Source: Heteronotia binoei
Taxonomy: Eukaryota
Reading direction: 5' to 3'
DNA: 64,000 nucleotides
Assembly: GCF_032191835.1 (NCBI RefSeq)
Contig: NC_083243.1
Span: forward strand, 37,882,001 to 37,946,000
Positions 24,809 through 38,062 of the stretch are shown here, in pieces. The notes under the pieces were generated by a model. It saw nothing but the letters and a program-made list of their open reading frames with translations, did not search any database and was not told the DNA's origin. The position numbers and the translations under genes are program-made. Every line of letters starts with the position of its first letter. Within the stretch, counting starts at the first letter, position 1.

Positions 24809-27800
24809 ACTACTGAAATATGATTGTGCATTCTACATTTGTTTACAGATCATTCCAGTTATTGTTATTAAGCCTGTTTTATTAATTCTTGAAAGTCTTC
24901 TGGCAGCATCTTATAAAAATACAGTCGTGATCTTGACTCCAACCAGTTTAATTCAGTAGTCAGGTCTATAAGAATTTCACCAGTATCACTGCTTCCGATC
25001 CCAGAAGTATTCTGTAATAAGTATTACAGCTGGGTTTAACTGACAAACAACTAACTTTTGTCACAATTTGTTTCCCTATAAAACTCTCACCATTCATAGA
25101 ATCCAGGTATACTAATCACAAAGACCCCGAGGAAGGCAAGTGTATGTGATTGCAGATCGCAAACCTTAACCAAACGGGGAAGTTACACCAGTACAAAATA
25201 GATTTCTTCATCTTTGGGCAACGCTCATATTGCAGTCGGTGAGCTCCCATTAGATTTGAAATGGTTCAGTGATTAGGCTCCACAAGCAACTTTATGCATA
25301 AATTATAACACCCAAATGTTCTTGGATATTGATATCCATGGTACTTTTCATGCAGGCTGTCTAAATTTTGGTTGGCCTGTTTTGCAGTACTTTATGATGA
25401 TGATATTGGATTTATATTCTTAGTTGCCCCCCCACCCCGGTCTTGGGCGAGCCCTTTCAGAGAAGCCTCATTCTGTGATGTAGAATACTGCAGGCTGATA
25501 TTAAACACGGATCCATATATAACAATGTTTTAAGGTAGAGTTGTTTGTTTTGGCGTGGCTCAGTTTAAAACCAGGAAAAGCTGACTTTGTCAATCACCTG
25601 TGGGATAGCATGTAGCCACATATGCACATGCGCCAAACCCTGGAACAGTTTTGCCACTGTTTTCAAAGTATTATGAACTTGGCAGAGGGGAAGTGAAGGA
25701 TGAAAGTAGGTGTGCACCAGTACATATCTGCTTTTAAAAATTTTAAAAGCACTGATTCACAAGCTGTGGACCAAAGTTGAGGGCTGTCAGGCATCCTAAA
25801 TATGGGAAAGTGACTCACCATTCTTAAAGTGCCATCTGTCTTCTTCCAAGCAGCAACCTGTTGCCAAGAATGCATTTCTGGTAGCCAAAATAAGGCTCTA
25901 TTGATACTTAGCCACAAGGTTGCTGTATTCTCAGAAGTAGGTTCTTGGGATGTCTCCCTAGCTCATGTGGGGGCATCATGCATTCCAAACCCTAGGAATT
26001 TTGAGCTTGGTAAGTACATATAAGCTGCTCTTGAAAGCATATGCTTTGCAGACCTTTGCATGATAAGAGTTGAGAAGTTGTAGGGAACATTTTGCTTTTT
26101 AGTAGAGAAAATTCAGTTTGGAACATCCTGATGGTCTGGGAGTATATAGTGTGTTGGGAGTATTGGAAGGTAATACTGATGGGTTACTTGGACTGTGTGG
26201 GATTGTCTTTGTGTGCTACTACAGTGGCTGAACCCTCATTTTTTCAGTCTGTGGTGGATCCTAAATTGGTTGCAAAACACCTGGAAGAATTAAAAATCAG
26301 GAATCTTTCAAATTAATTTTTTAATTGCAGTAGCTAATTTTTTATTTCAGTCTTCCTGCTTTTTAAAATTGTTATGTAGTAATGATACGTGCAAATTAAT
26401 AACAAAAAATAGTGATGCAAAAACATACCCTAATCACACGCTGCCATCAGCAGCAAGGGGAAATGCAGCCATTTGGCTGTTGCCCACGGAAACTGCCATT
26501 TTTGTTCTTTAATCCAGTGCAAACTTCTTGGCTCTTAGGCAAATATTTGTACCGGGTTCTTTAAGTTGCAGTGGGATAAAGCCAATTAGGCTTCTATTAA
26601 ACCAGCTGGCAGCCTTAGGCCTCTTACAGATGGCTGCTTCCCACACTATCTGGAAGCACAGGGTTGAAATGAAACCCCAGCGTTTTGCAAACTCCTTTGC
26701 TCTACAGGTTCCTTAATATATGTGTTTCTGCTGCTGCTGTGGCCCATGCTGGCCCAATAACTGTGGGCAAGGGGGAACAGGCATGGGGAGGAGCACATGA
26801 AGTCCAGGATGTTTGTGGCCCAGGAGTTTTCAGAATGTCCGATCAACTTTCACACCTCCCAATGAAAGCCTCTCTCTCTAGCAAAATGAGGAAACCTAGC
26901 ACCTTCAGTGTGAATGTAATGTAATTAGCCATTGTGCTGTTAAGAGCGGCTCAGTTGCGTGTTGACTGAACAAATGTTCTTTTAACATCTGCTGTAAAGT
27001 TGTAGCCTATTTATGTAAATTATTCTTAGCAATGAACTGTATTTTTACAAGAAGGGGATTAGGGTTTATGTATCTTTAATATTACAAGAATTATTATTTT
27101 TGTGTTTGCAGACTTAAAATTAGAAGAGTCTAGCCCTATTCCCACTCCTATCTTTTTTTGCCTGTTCGTTTTTGTTTTGTACCTGCTAAACCAAGAGCAT
27201 TAGCCTTCCATTTTTCTCCTTCTTTTGAGAATAGATTCAATAGGGTTTTATGTGGCTTGAAATGGTTTTTATGTGGTAGTGGATATTAGCTGTTTAACCA
27301 ATCATAATTAAGAGTTACAAGGACACCCCCCCACACACACGCACACACAGAATTCATAGGGTAAAGTTTGTAGCAAAAAATAGAGCATTGGTATCTACTT
27401 CTGCAATGCATCTGAACTTTGTTATTGGACATATGTTGATCACTTTTTACCTCAGAGTGGTTTTTCTAAACAAACCAACCTGTTTAAGACAATCCTGTTT
27501 TCAACTCTCTCTCTGTGTATGTAGAATTTTCTTCATGATTCCGCTAATTTAACCAGAATTAAACGTTTGATGGTTTCAATGCCCCTTCCAGCTCAACAGA
27601 GGTTCAGTCAGTACAGATTATGAGGTAAAATTTGTTCCTAGATTATATAACTTCAGACTACAGGTTTGCTTGTTTGAATATTCTCCTGTGGGAGAAAAAA
27701 AATCTACACAGAAAACTCAAAGATCAAGGGGTAAGTTCCCCCTGATATCTAGGGGGTTGTTTAATATGCTATTGTAATCAATGCACTAAAACCCTAACTG

Positions 27801-29978
27801 TTGTCAAACCAGGTGGTGTCCAGGAACAGTAGCAATGTGATATGTGGCACCTCAAAGAACAACAAATGTTACAGTGGTAGCACACTTTCAAGGGCCAGAT
27901 CTTATTTTGATAGGGCATGTTGGTTGTCTTCTGTTTGTGCAGGCCAGGCCTAACTGAACATAATCTAATATCTCGTTCTGGCTGTTAAACTGGAAAACAT
28001 GTTTCTGAGTGTGCTGTTCAGTTTAATTACTAAAACCAGAAGGAATTTTGAAGCCTATTCATAATTCCTAATAAGTAAAGTTAGTGAAGGGAGGGGGGGG
28101 AATGATCACATCTTCCTTTTTTTGCCAAGTGACCATGCCACATTTAATGTTAATCTTCTGTCATTTCCACAGTAGCTTCCTAATATACAATGTCAATGTG
28201 TGAAGAGACATATATTTAAATATTGCAAATATGTAAGTATAAAATAGTGATTTCTATATTTCAGACTGTGTGTGGCTAACAAGAATGGTAGAGGTATTTT
28301 ATCTCTTTGTAAAAAAGAAAGAAAAGCGGTGCTGTAAAAATGCATTAGATGTAATTTTTAAAAAGTATTTATTTATGTAGATCCCTTCCTCAATCCATGT
28401 GAATTCTCCAAAGGAGACCCCAAATATTCCATTTTACTTGTCTCCTCTTTACCAATAGTTAAACATCGTACATCCTCAAGAAAGAATGTATTTACATAAA
28501 GAATGAACAGGTTGAATCTTTTAATGCCTTCCATTGATGGGAAGGCTGCTACTGTCAAGATAGCTCTATCGAAGGAAATGCATTGTTAGATCCTACTCAG
28601 TTAGTTGTTTTTTAAAGAAAATTAATTTTGTGTGTATGTGTGTGTTGAGGCGTGCATAGCATTGTCAATTCCAGATCAAAGTCCAACCTACGAGGGACCA
28701 TGTTTTTGCTCATGCAGAGTTTGCCTATGAACATCACTTGTCTGTATGTGACTGATCCCCTCCCCAACTTTATATAGTATTAGTGTGAGTGTTGTGATTG
28801 CTTCGGTCCTGTTCATAAAATTACTTTTATGAGGAACTAAATTGTTTTGTATTTAATTTGTGTGCGTGTGATACACACACCCACACACACATATAAGATA
28901 TATATATATATTATATTATATAATATAAAGTAAGAAAGAAATCTGGTCTATATAAAAACCAAAAAATACTAGCTCCTTGACTTTTTAATCATACCGCATG
29001 ACAAACATCCTTTTGAAATAATATGGTGCTTTTTCTTCTGTTGCTTACCATCAATTTCAAGAGTAATTTGTCCCATTTTTTTCTTTTGATTTGCCAAAAC
29101 ATTAGGCTGTGACAGACAAACTTTGATTATTAACAGTAAAGTAAAATTTACTTAATTATCTTCTATTGTTGTTTGTGTCTGCTTTGGAGACAAAAAAAAC
29201 TATCCTTTTTCAAACACATGATTAAAAAAAATAAATGCCTTACTGCAGTGACTCTATCCAGCATTTGTGTCAGTGACTGGAGAGGGCTTGGGAGTTGAGG
29301 GTGGGAAGCAGTGGATAATAATCTGGAAGTGGATTGAATTTTTCCCCCACTTTTGTTTCCTTGTATCCAAACTTTCATAACCATTGAATTGTGTGGGGAT
29401 TTCCTTTTAAACATATCATTGGAGTCAATATGTCATATTTCTGGGCCCATATCTCATTGGAAGAAGAAACTGCTTGTAGTGGCATCCTAAACAGAGTTGA
29501 ATCCTTCCATGTTAATGAATTTTGAAGGGTGTAATTTGCTTAGAATGACAGTCTTAGTATTGAGAAAGAAAATCCATGCTATGCCTTTGATAAGGGCCAA
29601 TCAAAATGACATCAAATATTATGTGTGTGAACACTTCATCAAGCATATGTTACAAAAATATAAAGTTTATGAGGGAAAAGGAGGAATCTCATGCCAGCTT
29701 TACTGATAGGCACACATTTAATTACTGGAGATGTTAGATTCCAGCACTTGTATTCTGGGAAGGAAAAATAAGTAAGGTGCATCTCCACTGAGAAAATGGA
29801 GTCCAGCTAGATCCAAATCTCACTGAGAAACCCATTAATGAAGCCCAGTTCTCTTTGACGGCTGAAAGCGGAAGGAACATGCTGATCTCCATTTTAACTA
29901 TGATTGAGTTAAATTTATGATGGTTCACATGGCATATCAAATTATAGTCCAATTACATAACTATTACATTGTGTAGAT

Positions 29979-30473
29979 CAGCGGTTCCCAACCTTTTTGG
30001 CACCAGGGACTGGTTTTGTGGAAGACAATTTTTCCACAGCCGGGGGGGGGGGGGGGGCGGGGTGTGCGAATGGTTTCAGGATGATACAATTGTGCACTTT
30101 ATTTTGGTGTGGTGGTTAAGTGTGTGGACTCTTATTTGGGAGAACTGGGTTTGATTCCCCACTCCTCCACTTGCAGCTGCTGGAATGGCCTTGGGTCAGC
30201 CGTAGCTCTCACAGAGTTGTCCCTTGAAAGGGCAACTTCTGGGGAGAGCTCTCTTAGCCCCACCCACCTCACAGGGGGTCTGTTGCGGGGGAGGAAGATA
30301 AAAGAGATTGTGAGCCCCTCTGAGATTCAGAGTGGAGGGCAGGATATAAATCCAATGTATTATTATTATTACTACATTGTAATATATAATGAAAAAATTA
30401 TACAACTCACGGCCCGGTTGCTAACAGGCCATGGACCAGTATCGGTCCACGGACCGAGGGTTGGGGACCCCTG
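29979..30473 (-). mobile_element. hAT-Charlie MITE resembling MER1/Charlie3, with a nested SINE
   Basis: TIR CAGCGGTTCCCAACC / GGTTGGGGACCCCTG; perfect 8-bp TSD GTGTAGAT. Confidence 0.85.
30104..30365 (+). mobile_element. Squam3-type SINE nested in the MER1-like MITE
   Basis: ggtgtggtggttaag...ggtttgattcccc...ggatataaatcc followed by (TAT)n. Confidence 0.8.
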
Positions 30474-31130
30474 GTGTAGATAGTCCTTTCTCAGGTTATT
30501 TCCATCCTGTTGATCAGTTCTTCTCTTCTATGGCTGAAACTAGGTTATTGATAAATTAAGGGGGGGACTTATAACCCCCATGTTGACTCACACAAACTTG
30601 GAACTATCTACCAAAGCTGTACATATACTTGCATATTTGTTCTGGATTTCTGTTGTAAAAAAGAAAAGATGTATACCAAACAAAAAAAAAACCAACGAAT
30701 TCCTGATAGTTATTGGTGTGCTTCCCAAATTCATATTTTAAATGAAGTTAAAATTAATTTTAAAATCCACAGCTGATCTAATGAGAACACCTTTGCAATA
30801 CAGGTGAACTACTGGAGAATCAAAAAACAAAGCTAATTACAGGTGACCCGTTATTTAATATAAGAAACATATACCCTGCTTTGTGTTTTTATTTATATAT
30901 TGCTTTTCTTTCAAGGAATTTACTGTGGCATTCTTGGTAATTATCCTATTTTGTCCTCACAACAGCCCTGCAATGGTTGTCTAGGCTGAAGGTTGGCTGG
31001 TACAAGGTTAACAGTTTCATTGTGAGGAGTAATTTGAATCCAGGTCCAAATCTAACACTTTGTAGAACCTCTGGAGAGAGGTACTAATTGAAGATTAAGA
31101 GAGACAAATGAAGGAGCCCAAATCTGTATT

Positions 31131-31136
31131 TTTATT
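31131..31136 (-). terminator. Candidate CHGA polyadenylation signal
   Basis: TTTATT on + = AATAAA on -, about 510 nt after the CHGA stop, followed by a pyrimidine/U-rich tract on the minus strand. Confidence 0.55.
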
Positions 31137-31647
31137 GTTGTCCTTAATTTCTATATAGAATATATTATAGTCACTCATCATTTTTGTAATCAAAAGATTA
31201 ACAAATTATTGCAAGGTATTTTATCCAGTAAACCTAATAGTATAAGTAAAACATTCTAGAAAGCTGTCATGGCTTTTAATTTTTTTTAAAAAAAATCAAA
31301 AATAAGAGGGGAAAACCCCCAAATCTATCCCCCCCCTCTTTTTTCCTTCAACAGAAAATTCATGAGTAAGTCACACTGTTGCTGTAATCCAAAAGTTACA
31401 ATAGAAAATCGATAGCCGATAAAGGGAGCACAAAATCAAAACAGCAAGCAATTCAAGCGCAGGACTACTGTAGACACACACACAGAAAAAAAAGTCTGTT
31501 TTCTACTGATAATTGGCTTCCTATGCCAAATGCACCTGCTCCATTATAACTCCTTTAAAAAAAATTAATAAAATAAATTGCAGTGTTTTCAAAGGGTAAG
31601 TTTAAACTTCTTGCTTTTTTGCTCAGGTCACACATAGTTTCAGAACT

Positions 31648-31731
31648 TCAGCCTCTCCGTAGGGCATGGAGCTTCTGGGCCACTTTCTCCAGCTCAGCTT
31701 CAATTGCAGCCAAGCTTTCCAGCTCTTGCTC
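31648..31731 (-). CDS. CHGA: Chromogranin A terminal coding exon (serpinin region)
   Basis: tttcag|GAG; EQELESLAAIEAELEKVAQKLHALRRG-TGA, matching the CgA C-terminus. Confidence 0.97.
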   Translation of the reverse strand, partial: EQELESLAAIEAELEKVAQKLHALRRG

Positions 31732-32328
31732 CTGAAAGACAAATGGAAAGGCCAATTGGTCTGTGCAAATCATTTTAGGGGGGTAGGTGGTCATGTGGCT
31801 CCAGTGAGGAAGGAGGGAGATGGCAGCAAGAGTTTCAGCTTGGCCACCTTAGAGAAAACTGAGATTTTAAGGGTCTAGCATAGGTTTATTTTTTTAAGTG
31901 CATTTCTGGCTGTGTTTTGTATCAGTTACTGCAATGATATCTATCTACACAGGTCAGTTACAAAACCCAAGAGCTGATTGCAACAGATTTAAATTCAGTT
32001 CCCATCCACACGGTGCCTGATACGGATTACAACTACACTGGGGGAGGGGGGAGGCTTCCGAACGTGAATTAATGAGTAGCGTACACATTGGTTTGCTCAA
32101 GAGATTGCATATTTCCCTCCTCTTCCCAGACTGTTTTGGATCAGGGAAGGCGGAAGCTGCTTCCCCATCCAGTCATGATTTGAATCACACCCTGTGCACC
32201 AGAACTGAGGAGATCACACCTCTGATTGTCAAACCCAACCTGTGTCGTCTGGAATATATAAATAAACCCAGATTCTTCTAAGGAGTAACAATAAAATACG
32301 AGACACTGAGGAACAATGGGAGGAAGAT

Positions 32329-32732
32329 AAAGGTAATTCCCTGTGCAAGCACCAGTTGTTTCTGATTCTGGGGTGATATTGCTTTCACATTTTTATGACA
32401 GACTTTTTATGGGGTGGTTTGCCATTGCCTTCCCCAGTCATCTACACCAGGGGTGGCCAACAGTAGCTCTCCAGACGTTTTTTCGCCTACTACTCCCATC
32501 AGCCCCAGCCATTGGCCATGGTGGCTGGGGCTGATGGGAGTTGTAGGCAAAAAAAATCTGGAGAGCTACCGTTGGGCACCCCTGATCTATACTTTACCCC
32601 CAGGAAACTGGGTACTCATTTTACTGACCTCGGAAGGATGGAAGGCTGAGTCAACCTTGAGCTGGCTAGCTGAACCTAGCTTCTGCCAGGTTGTGAGCAG
32701 AGCTTGGTCGGCAGTACTGCAACTTTACACCA
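32329..32732 (-). mobile_element. Sauria-type SINE interrupted by a palindromic hAT MITE (32448-32584)
   Basis: aaaggta..ccctgtgcaagcacc tail; MITE TSD ATCTA(C/T)AC; the copy at 44305-44560 has the empty site atctacac. Confidence 0.85.
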
Positions 32733-33689
32733 TGGGAGGGAAGTCTGCAATAAAAATGGCTGGTTCAGTCTAGATCCAGCTTTATCTTTTTTGCCTCGGA
32801 AGATTTTTCATTGTGGGTCATGAGCAAAATATGGGCTTTGGCTTAGATACTATAATTTTTGTGCTTCTCTCTACTCTGGAGCTCTCTGGCACTTCCATGT
32901 GCATTGAAGAACATTCATCTTGTTCACCCAGAAGTCATAATGGTAAGGAATTTGAGCCCCATAGGAGAGGAAAGCTTGCACAGGGGACTACCTTTACCTC
33001 TAAAAAAACCAAACCCCTATCATTAACAGCCTTTCTCAGGTCTTGTGAACTGAGGGCCGCAGCTGCCTCTGTTATTTCCTACTACAGCACTATTTCCTAG
33101 TTTTTTTGTCTAATCTCTTCATCTACTTTTTCTCTGCAATGTTTACATGAAAGACCTGAAGTGTCAGGCCAAATAAAACACCTGACGCATCATCCAAGAC
33201 AGCTGTTAACATCTCCCTAAGATCTAAGGGAAACTGGGACATCCATATTGCACTGATGTAGAAGATCTAAAGCTGTGAAAGCCCAGCACCCTGAAACCAG
33301 CTCTTTGGAGAGATTTGTCCCCTTTTAAGAGACAGTTAAAAAATGATCACAGAGAAAGAACCGGATGCAGACAGTGCATGCAGTCCCACAAAGGCTATTA
33401 AAATCTTTTTTTCCCCTCCAGTAAATAAAGTTTCTCCACTGGGAAAAAAAAATCAGAATTATTCAGTGATTTGAATTTCAAGTCCTACTGGAGGCTAAAA
33501 ACATTTGAAACAAAAAACTCAATAATCGGGGGTGGGGGGATGGAACAGCCATCCCTAAATATAGGACTACCTTCCAGTTGCTATAGCAAATAACTAAATT
33601 TGGCAATTCCAGTTATTTAAGGCTGTCCGACTGCTTCTTATATATTGAGTTGTGCCTTAAGTGTTAAAGCAAATCTGACTTACACAAAG

Positions 33690-33882
33690 GTGTGGATAGA
33701 TCCAAGTGGGCAGCCATGTTGGTCTGAAGCAGTAGAACAAAGTAGGAGTCAAGTTTGCCTTTAAGACCAACAAAGTTTTATTCAGAATGTAAGCTTTCGT
33801 GTGCTTAGAACACACAAAAGCTTACATTCTGAATAAAACTGTTGGGCTTAAAGGTGAAATTTGACTCATACTTTTGTTCTAC
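33690..33882. mobile_element. Penelope-like (Neptune-type) inverted-repeat remnant
   Basis: About 70-bp imperfect inverted arms (33732-33801 and 33811-33882). Confidence 0.7.
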
Positions 33883-35451
33883 AAAGGTAAGTTAGCAGGA
33901 CGATGAATGGCACTCCAGTGGTTCTTTTAAGCTTAAAAGCAGCCATGGAGAGGGAGGGGGGCAGCTTCAAGGTACTTGAGGGGGAGGAAGAGTGTGTTGA
34001 GGATAAGACTGGGAGATCATTGTCATGGGGAGGAATAATGAGTTGTTCCCGGGGTTCCCTGATTGCCCATGTTTTATCCTTTATATGGCCTCTCACATGG
34101 CATAAAGGCCGAGGTCTGTGTTCTTAGCTAGAGATAGTGAGAAAGCTACAAGGTAGATTGTTATAAATGAAGCTGCCTCATACTGAACCACACCATTGGG
34201 CCATCAAGGTGTTAGTATCATCTACTCAGACTGGCAGTGGCTCTCCAGGGGCCCTTCACATCGCCTATTACCTGATCTAGTTTAATTGGAAATGCTGGAG
34301 ATTGAACCTGGGACCTTCTGCATGCCAAGTTGATGCTCTACCGCTAAGCCACGCCCCCTCCTGACATTACTATAAATATAGCAGCAGTCTGTACTGACTC
34401 CTCTGCTGTTGTGTAATTGAGAGCAGAGTCTCTAGGCTATATTAATTTGCCAAATATTTTATTCCACTGGACTCTCTGGTGGGTGGAGAACTGTGCAGAT
34501 GGGTCTTGGGCCACGTAGCCCAATGTTCCCTCTAAGCTGCAGAGTCTTGTGAGCAAAAATTCTTCTTTGTGAGCTACTGGCATTAAAGTTGTGAGCTACT
34601 GCATAAATTATTATGCCCTGGGGTCATCCTTCCTGAGCTAAGACAAAAATGTGTGAGCTGGAGTCTAAAAATCTGTGAGCTAGCTCAGCTTAGAGGGAAC
34701 ACTGGGAGGAACCCATCCCCCTATACCAGGGGTGGCCAATGGTAGCTCTCCAGATGTTTTTGCCTACAACTCCCATCAGCCACAGCCAGCATGGCCAATG
34801 GACTTGGCAACCGTCCCAGAGAGTGAACCTTTGGCAGTTCAGTACCAGCTTTCCAAAGTCTCTTTTTCCCAGCCTTGCTCTCTCTTAGCGGGAGATACTT
34901 GTTGGGAATAAGGCAGCTGCATCGGAGCATAAATCCTTCCAGTGAGCTATGAGCTTCTGCTCCCACCAGGCAGCTGTGATATACTCCATAAAGCCCCATT
35001 GGCAAGGCTGAAAGGAGTCATGCTCCACTCCCTTTAGGAAACTCTCCGCATGAGCCTGGAAAACACACTGGTGATCTGAGCCATCTTTCCCTGGTGAAAG
35101 CAGGCTGGCCTCTTGCAGGGCTCTTGTATGCCATCCTGACCACTGATGCCAGTTCTGAACAGATGCAGGGGGTTCTCCAAGGTGGATGGAAAGGGCAGGT
35201 GCTTAGTCTTTGGGAACCAAACTAAGGCTAAACAGACCAGAGAAGTAGTTGCAACACAAGTGGTAGCCGGTCAAATCCTGGCTTGGCAGAGTGCATAGCA
35301 GCTTGTATTTCCAGCACTATCAAGGATGGGTTTGGGCAACTAATAGCAGCAACTGGGGCATAATAAATTGATTGGGAAAAGCTGCACTTTAAATGTTTGT
35401 CACAGGGGCACTGAAAGAGCCTGTGCACTTTAATGAAAGATAAGCATTGGA

Positions 35452-35660
35452 ATGGATAGCCCAGACTAGCCTGATCTTGTCAGACCTTGGAAGCTTAGCA
35501 GGGTTGGATCTGCTTAGTACTCAGATGGGAGACCACCAAGGCAGTCCAGGGTTGCTCTGCAGAGGCAGGCAATGGTGAAAAACATCTGCTCATCTTTTGC
35601 CTAAAGAACCCTACAGGGTCGCCTCAAGTCAGCTGTGACTTGATGACACTTCCCACCACT
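35452..35660 (+). mobile_element. 5S rRNA-derived SINE with RTE/BovB-like tail (5S-Sauria-like)
   Basis: cctgatcttgtcagaccttggaagcttagcagggttgg..ttagtactcagatgggagacc 5S head; aaccctacagggtcgcc..agtcagctgtgacttga tail. Confidence 0.7.
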
Positions 35661-36174
35661 CCACCAAATGCTGGAATCAGGTCCATTTCTTCTCAGCATC
35701 TGCTCCTCCCTCTCATAACTTGTCACCACCGAGGTTTCTGAGCCCACAGGAATTGGGAGCTCGCCCTTCTCCTTCCACCTCTTCTTTTCCATCTGGTTTT
35801 AGAGGATTGGCATTCTGGCTGCAGTCCACAGCTCTGGCTGCCTATGTAATGAAAATGCTGGCATCGCTGAGAAACAGCTTGGCCAGTAATACATGGATAT
35901 GACTTAAGGAAAGAGGATTTCACAGGATCAATGGAAACCCTTCCCTCACTAGCTTTCCCTCATTGGGCTAGATTTCTCTCCTGGTGCCAAGGCAGGGCAG
36001 TGTGTTAAAACAAAAAAAGACTCTGAGGTTAAAACTTGTATGTTAAAAGCCGTTTCGCACATGGCACTGTACTACGGGCGGTGGGGCAGGGAAGATGACA
36101 ATGGCATGAGTACCTATACTACAATTGCACATGCAGACTGTGGCCTCTGATTGCAGGAATGGTAAGAAAACAAA

Positions 36175-37135
36175 GACATCGGAAGAGCTGGGAGATCAAA
36201 TCAAAGGTCCATCTAGTCCAGCATCCTGGTTTCCCACAGTAGGGAAATAGGTTCCTTCCAAAAGCCACCTAGTGGATCTGTCCCCCACTACTGACCTCAA
36301 CAACTGGGGATCTGAGGTCCAATTACAAGTGTACAAATTAATGAATGCCTGAAATGAATTACATGTTTTGTGAAGAAGTACTTCCATTGGTCTGTCCTGA
36401 ATCTATAGCTAGTAAATTTCGCTGGGTGACCTTTGTGATAATGAAATGCAACAGAACTCCTCTGGCCTCATAAAGACTAACAAAGGTTATTTTAGCATAA
36501 GCTTACTTGGTGTATGCATTTGATGAAGTGAGATCTGACTCACCAGCACTTAGGCTGGAATAACCTTTGTTAGCTTTCCATCTGCCGCTGGATTTCTGTT
36601 TTATGTTGCTGCGTTGCTGAGTCAGGGCTTTTTTTGAGCAAGAACGCACAGGAATGCAGTTCCAGCTGGCTTGGTGTCGGGATGTGGCCTAATAGGCAAA
36701 TAAGTTCCTGCTGGGCTCTTTCTACTAAAAAAGCCCTGATGAGAGTAACACAGCTAACCCTCTGGACTCAACTCTAATAAGACGAGACTGGGAGAAAAGG
36801 TCCTACTTTTCCCACCTGGACACAGTTTTATAAATCCTGCCCCCTCTTAAATCATTTTTCTTCTGAATTAAAAAGTCTCAAGCACCTTTCCTTAAAGCCA
36901 AGATGCTCTAATCTGTTGAGTCTTTTGGTTACCCTTTTCTGCACCTTTTCCAGCTCTAAAAAATCCTTTCTAAGATGAGACAAAACAGCACACAGGTATC
37001 CAAAAACAACTGCACTGCACATTATCATGCTTGTCATTTGATTATCAATCCATTTCCTAATCCCTAGCATAAAATATGTTTCTTTTGCCATTGCTATCCC
37101 AATGAATTGATGTTCTCCCCAGGCCATCCCAAGAT
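36175..37135 (-). mobile_element. Old CR1 fragment with Penelope and MITE (36623-36738) insertions
   Basis: Degenerate LEKVQKRVTKRL..LEHL..KERxLRLF in ORF 36852-37184; CR1-type 3' end near 36180. Confidence 0.6.
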
Positions 37136-37146
37136 ATCTTTTAGTA

Positions 37147-37420
37147 AAAAGGTAAAGGTAGTCCCCTGTGCAAGCACCAGTCATTTTTGACTCTAGGATG
37201 ATGTTGCTTTCACAACGTTTTCATGGCAGACTTTTTATGGAGTGGTTTGCCATTGCCTTCCCCAGCAAGCTCATTTTACCAACCTCAGAAGGATGGAAGG
37301 CTGAGTCAACCTGGAGCAATCTACCTGAACCAGCTTCTGCTGGGATCGAACTCAGGTTGTGAGCAGAGGGCTCCAACTGCAGTACTGCAGCTTTGCCACT
37401 CTGCGCCACGGGGCTCTTAC
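37147..37420 (-). mobile_element. Full-length Sauria-type SINE
   Basis: Head gagccccgtggcgcagagtgg, ACCTTT tail, 12-bp TSD TATCTTTTAGTA. Confidence 0.88.
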
Positions 37421-38062
37421 TATCTTTTAGTACTTGCATATTACATGACTGTGTATGGGGGAGGCTATACTCCCTCCCCTGCTGTAAAGGTTAGCTCAGG
37501 ACTGGGGAAGTGTTGTGTAAGATGCAGACCCATAAGCAGTGCATCTTGCAAGATGGGAAATGCAAAGTGCTGTGCTGAAGCTGGCTCAAAACGAGACAAG
37601 AATGTGGGCAAAACGCAAGTTAATTATTCCACTTTTGAAAGAAAAGTGACCATATAGCCAATGTACAGGGAGGAGACAGAGAGTGTTGTTTTCAGTCTAT
37701 CTGTGGTTCTTAAGCATTTTATCTTAGGGTGAATGCAGGCAACACCTAAAAGTGTTTGGACCACATTTTAAGAATGATTGTGCAACTCAAACCATCCACC
37801 AGTACCAGAAGCTGCTGGCCTGAATCCACCAGACCATTTCTACAGACTTAGGGCAACTTTCTCCCCTCCCTTTGCCTGCAGCTTCCTCAAATACTCCCAT
37901 CCCCCAGAAATACTGCTCATTGGAGTTCCTGTCACACGCAAGCAGCATTAGGGAGCATTTGGGGCAGCATTGTGGAGCATTTGGTGTCAGGATGTGGAGA
38001 GGGGAGAAAGTGGTGCTCCATGGACAGAAATCTTGCTGTCTGCAGAAATGCTACAGTGGATC

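Noticed and set aside
35452-35560. 5S rRNA gene
   Set aside because: Diverged, continues into a SINE body and is not in an array; it is a SINE head
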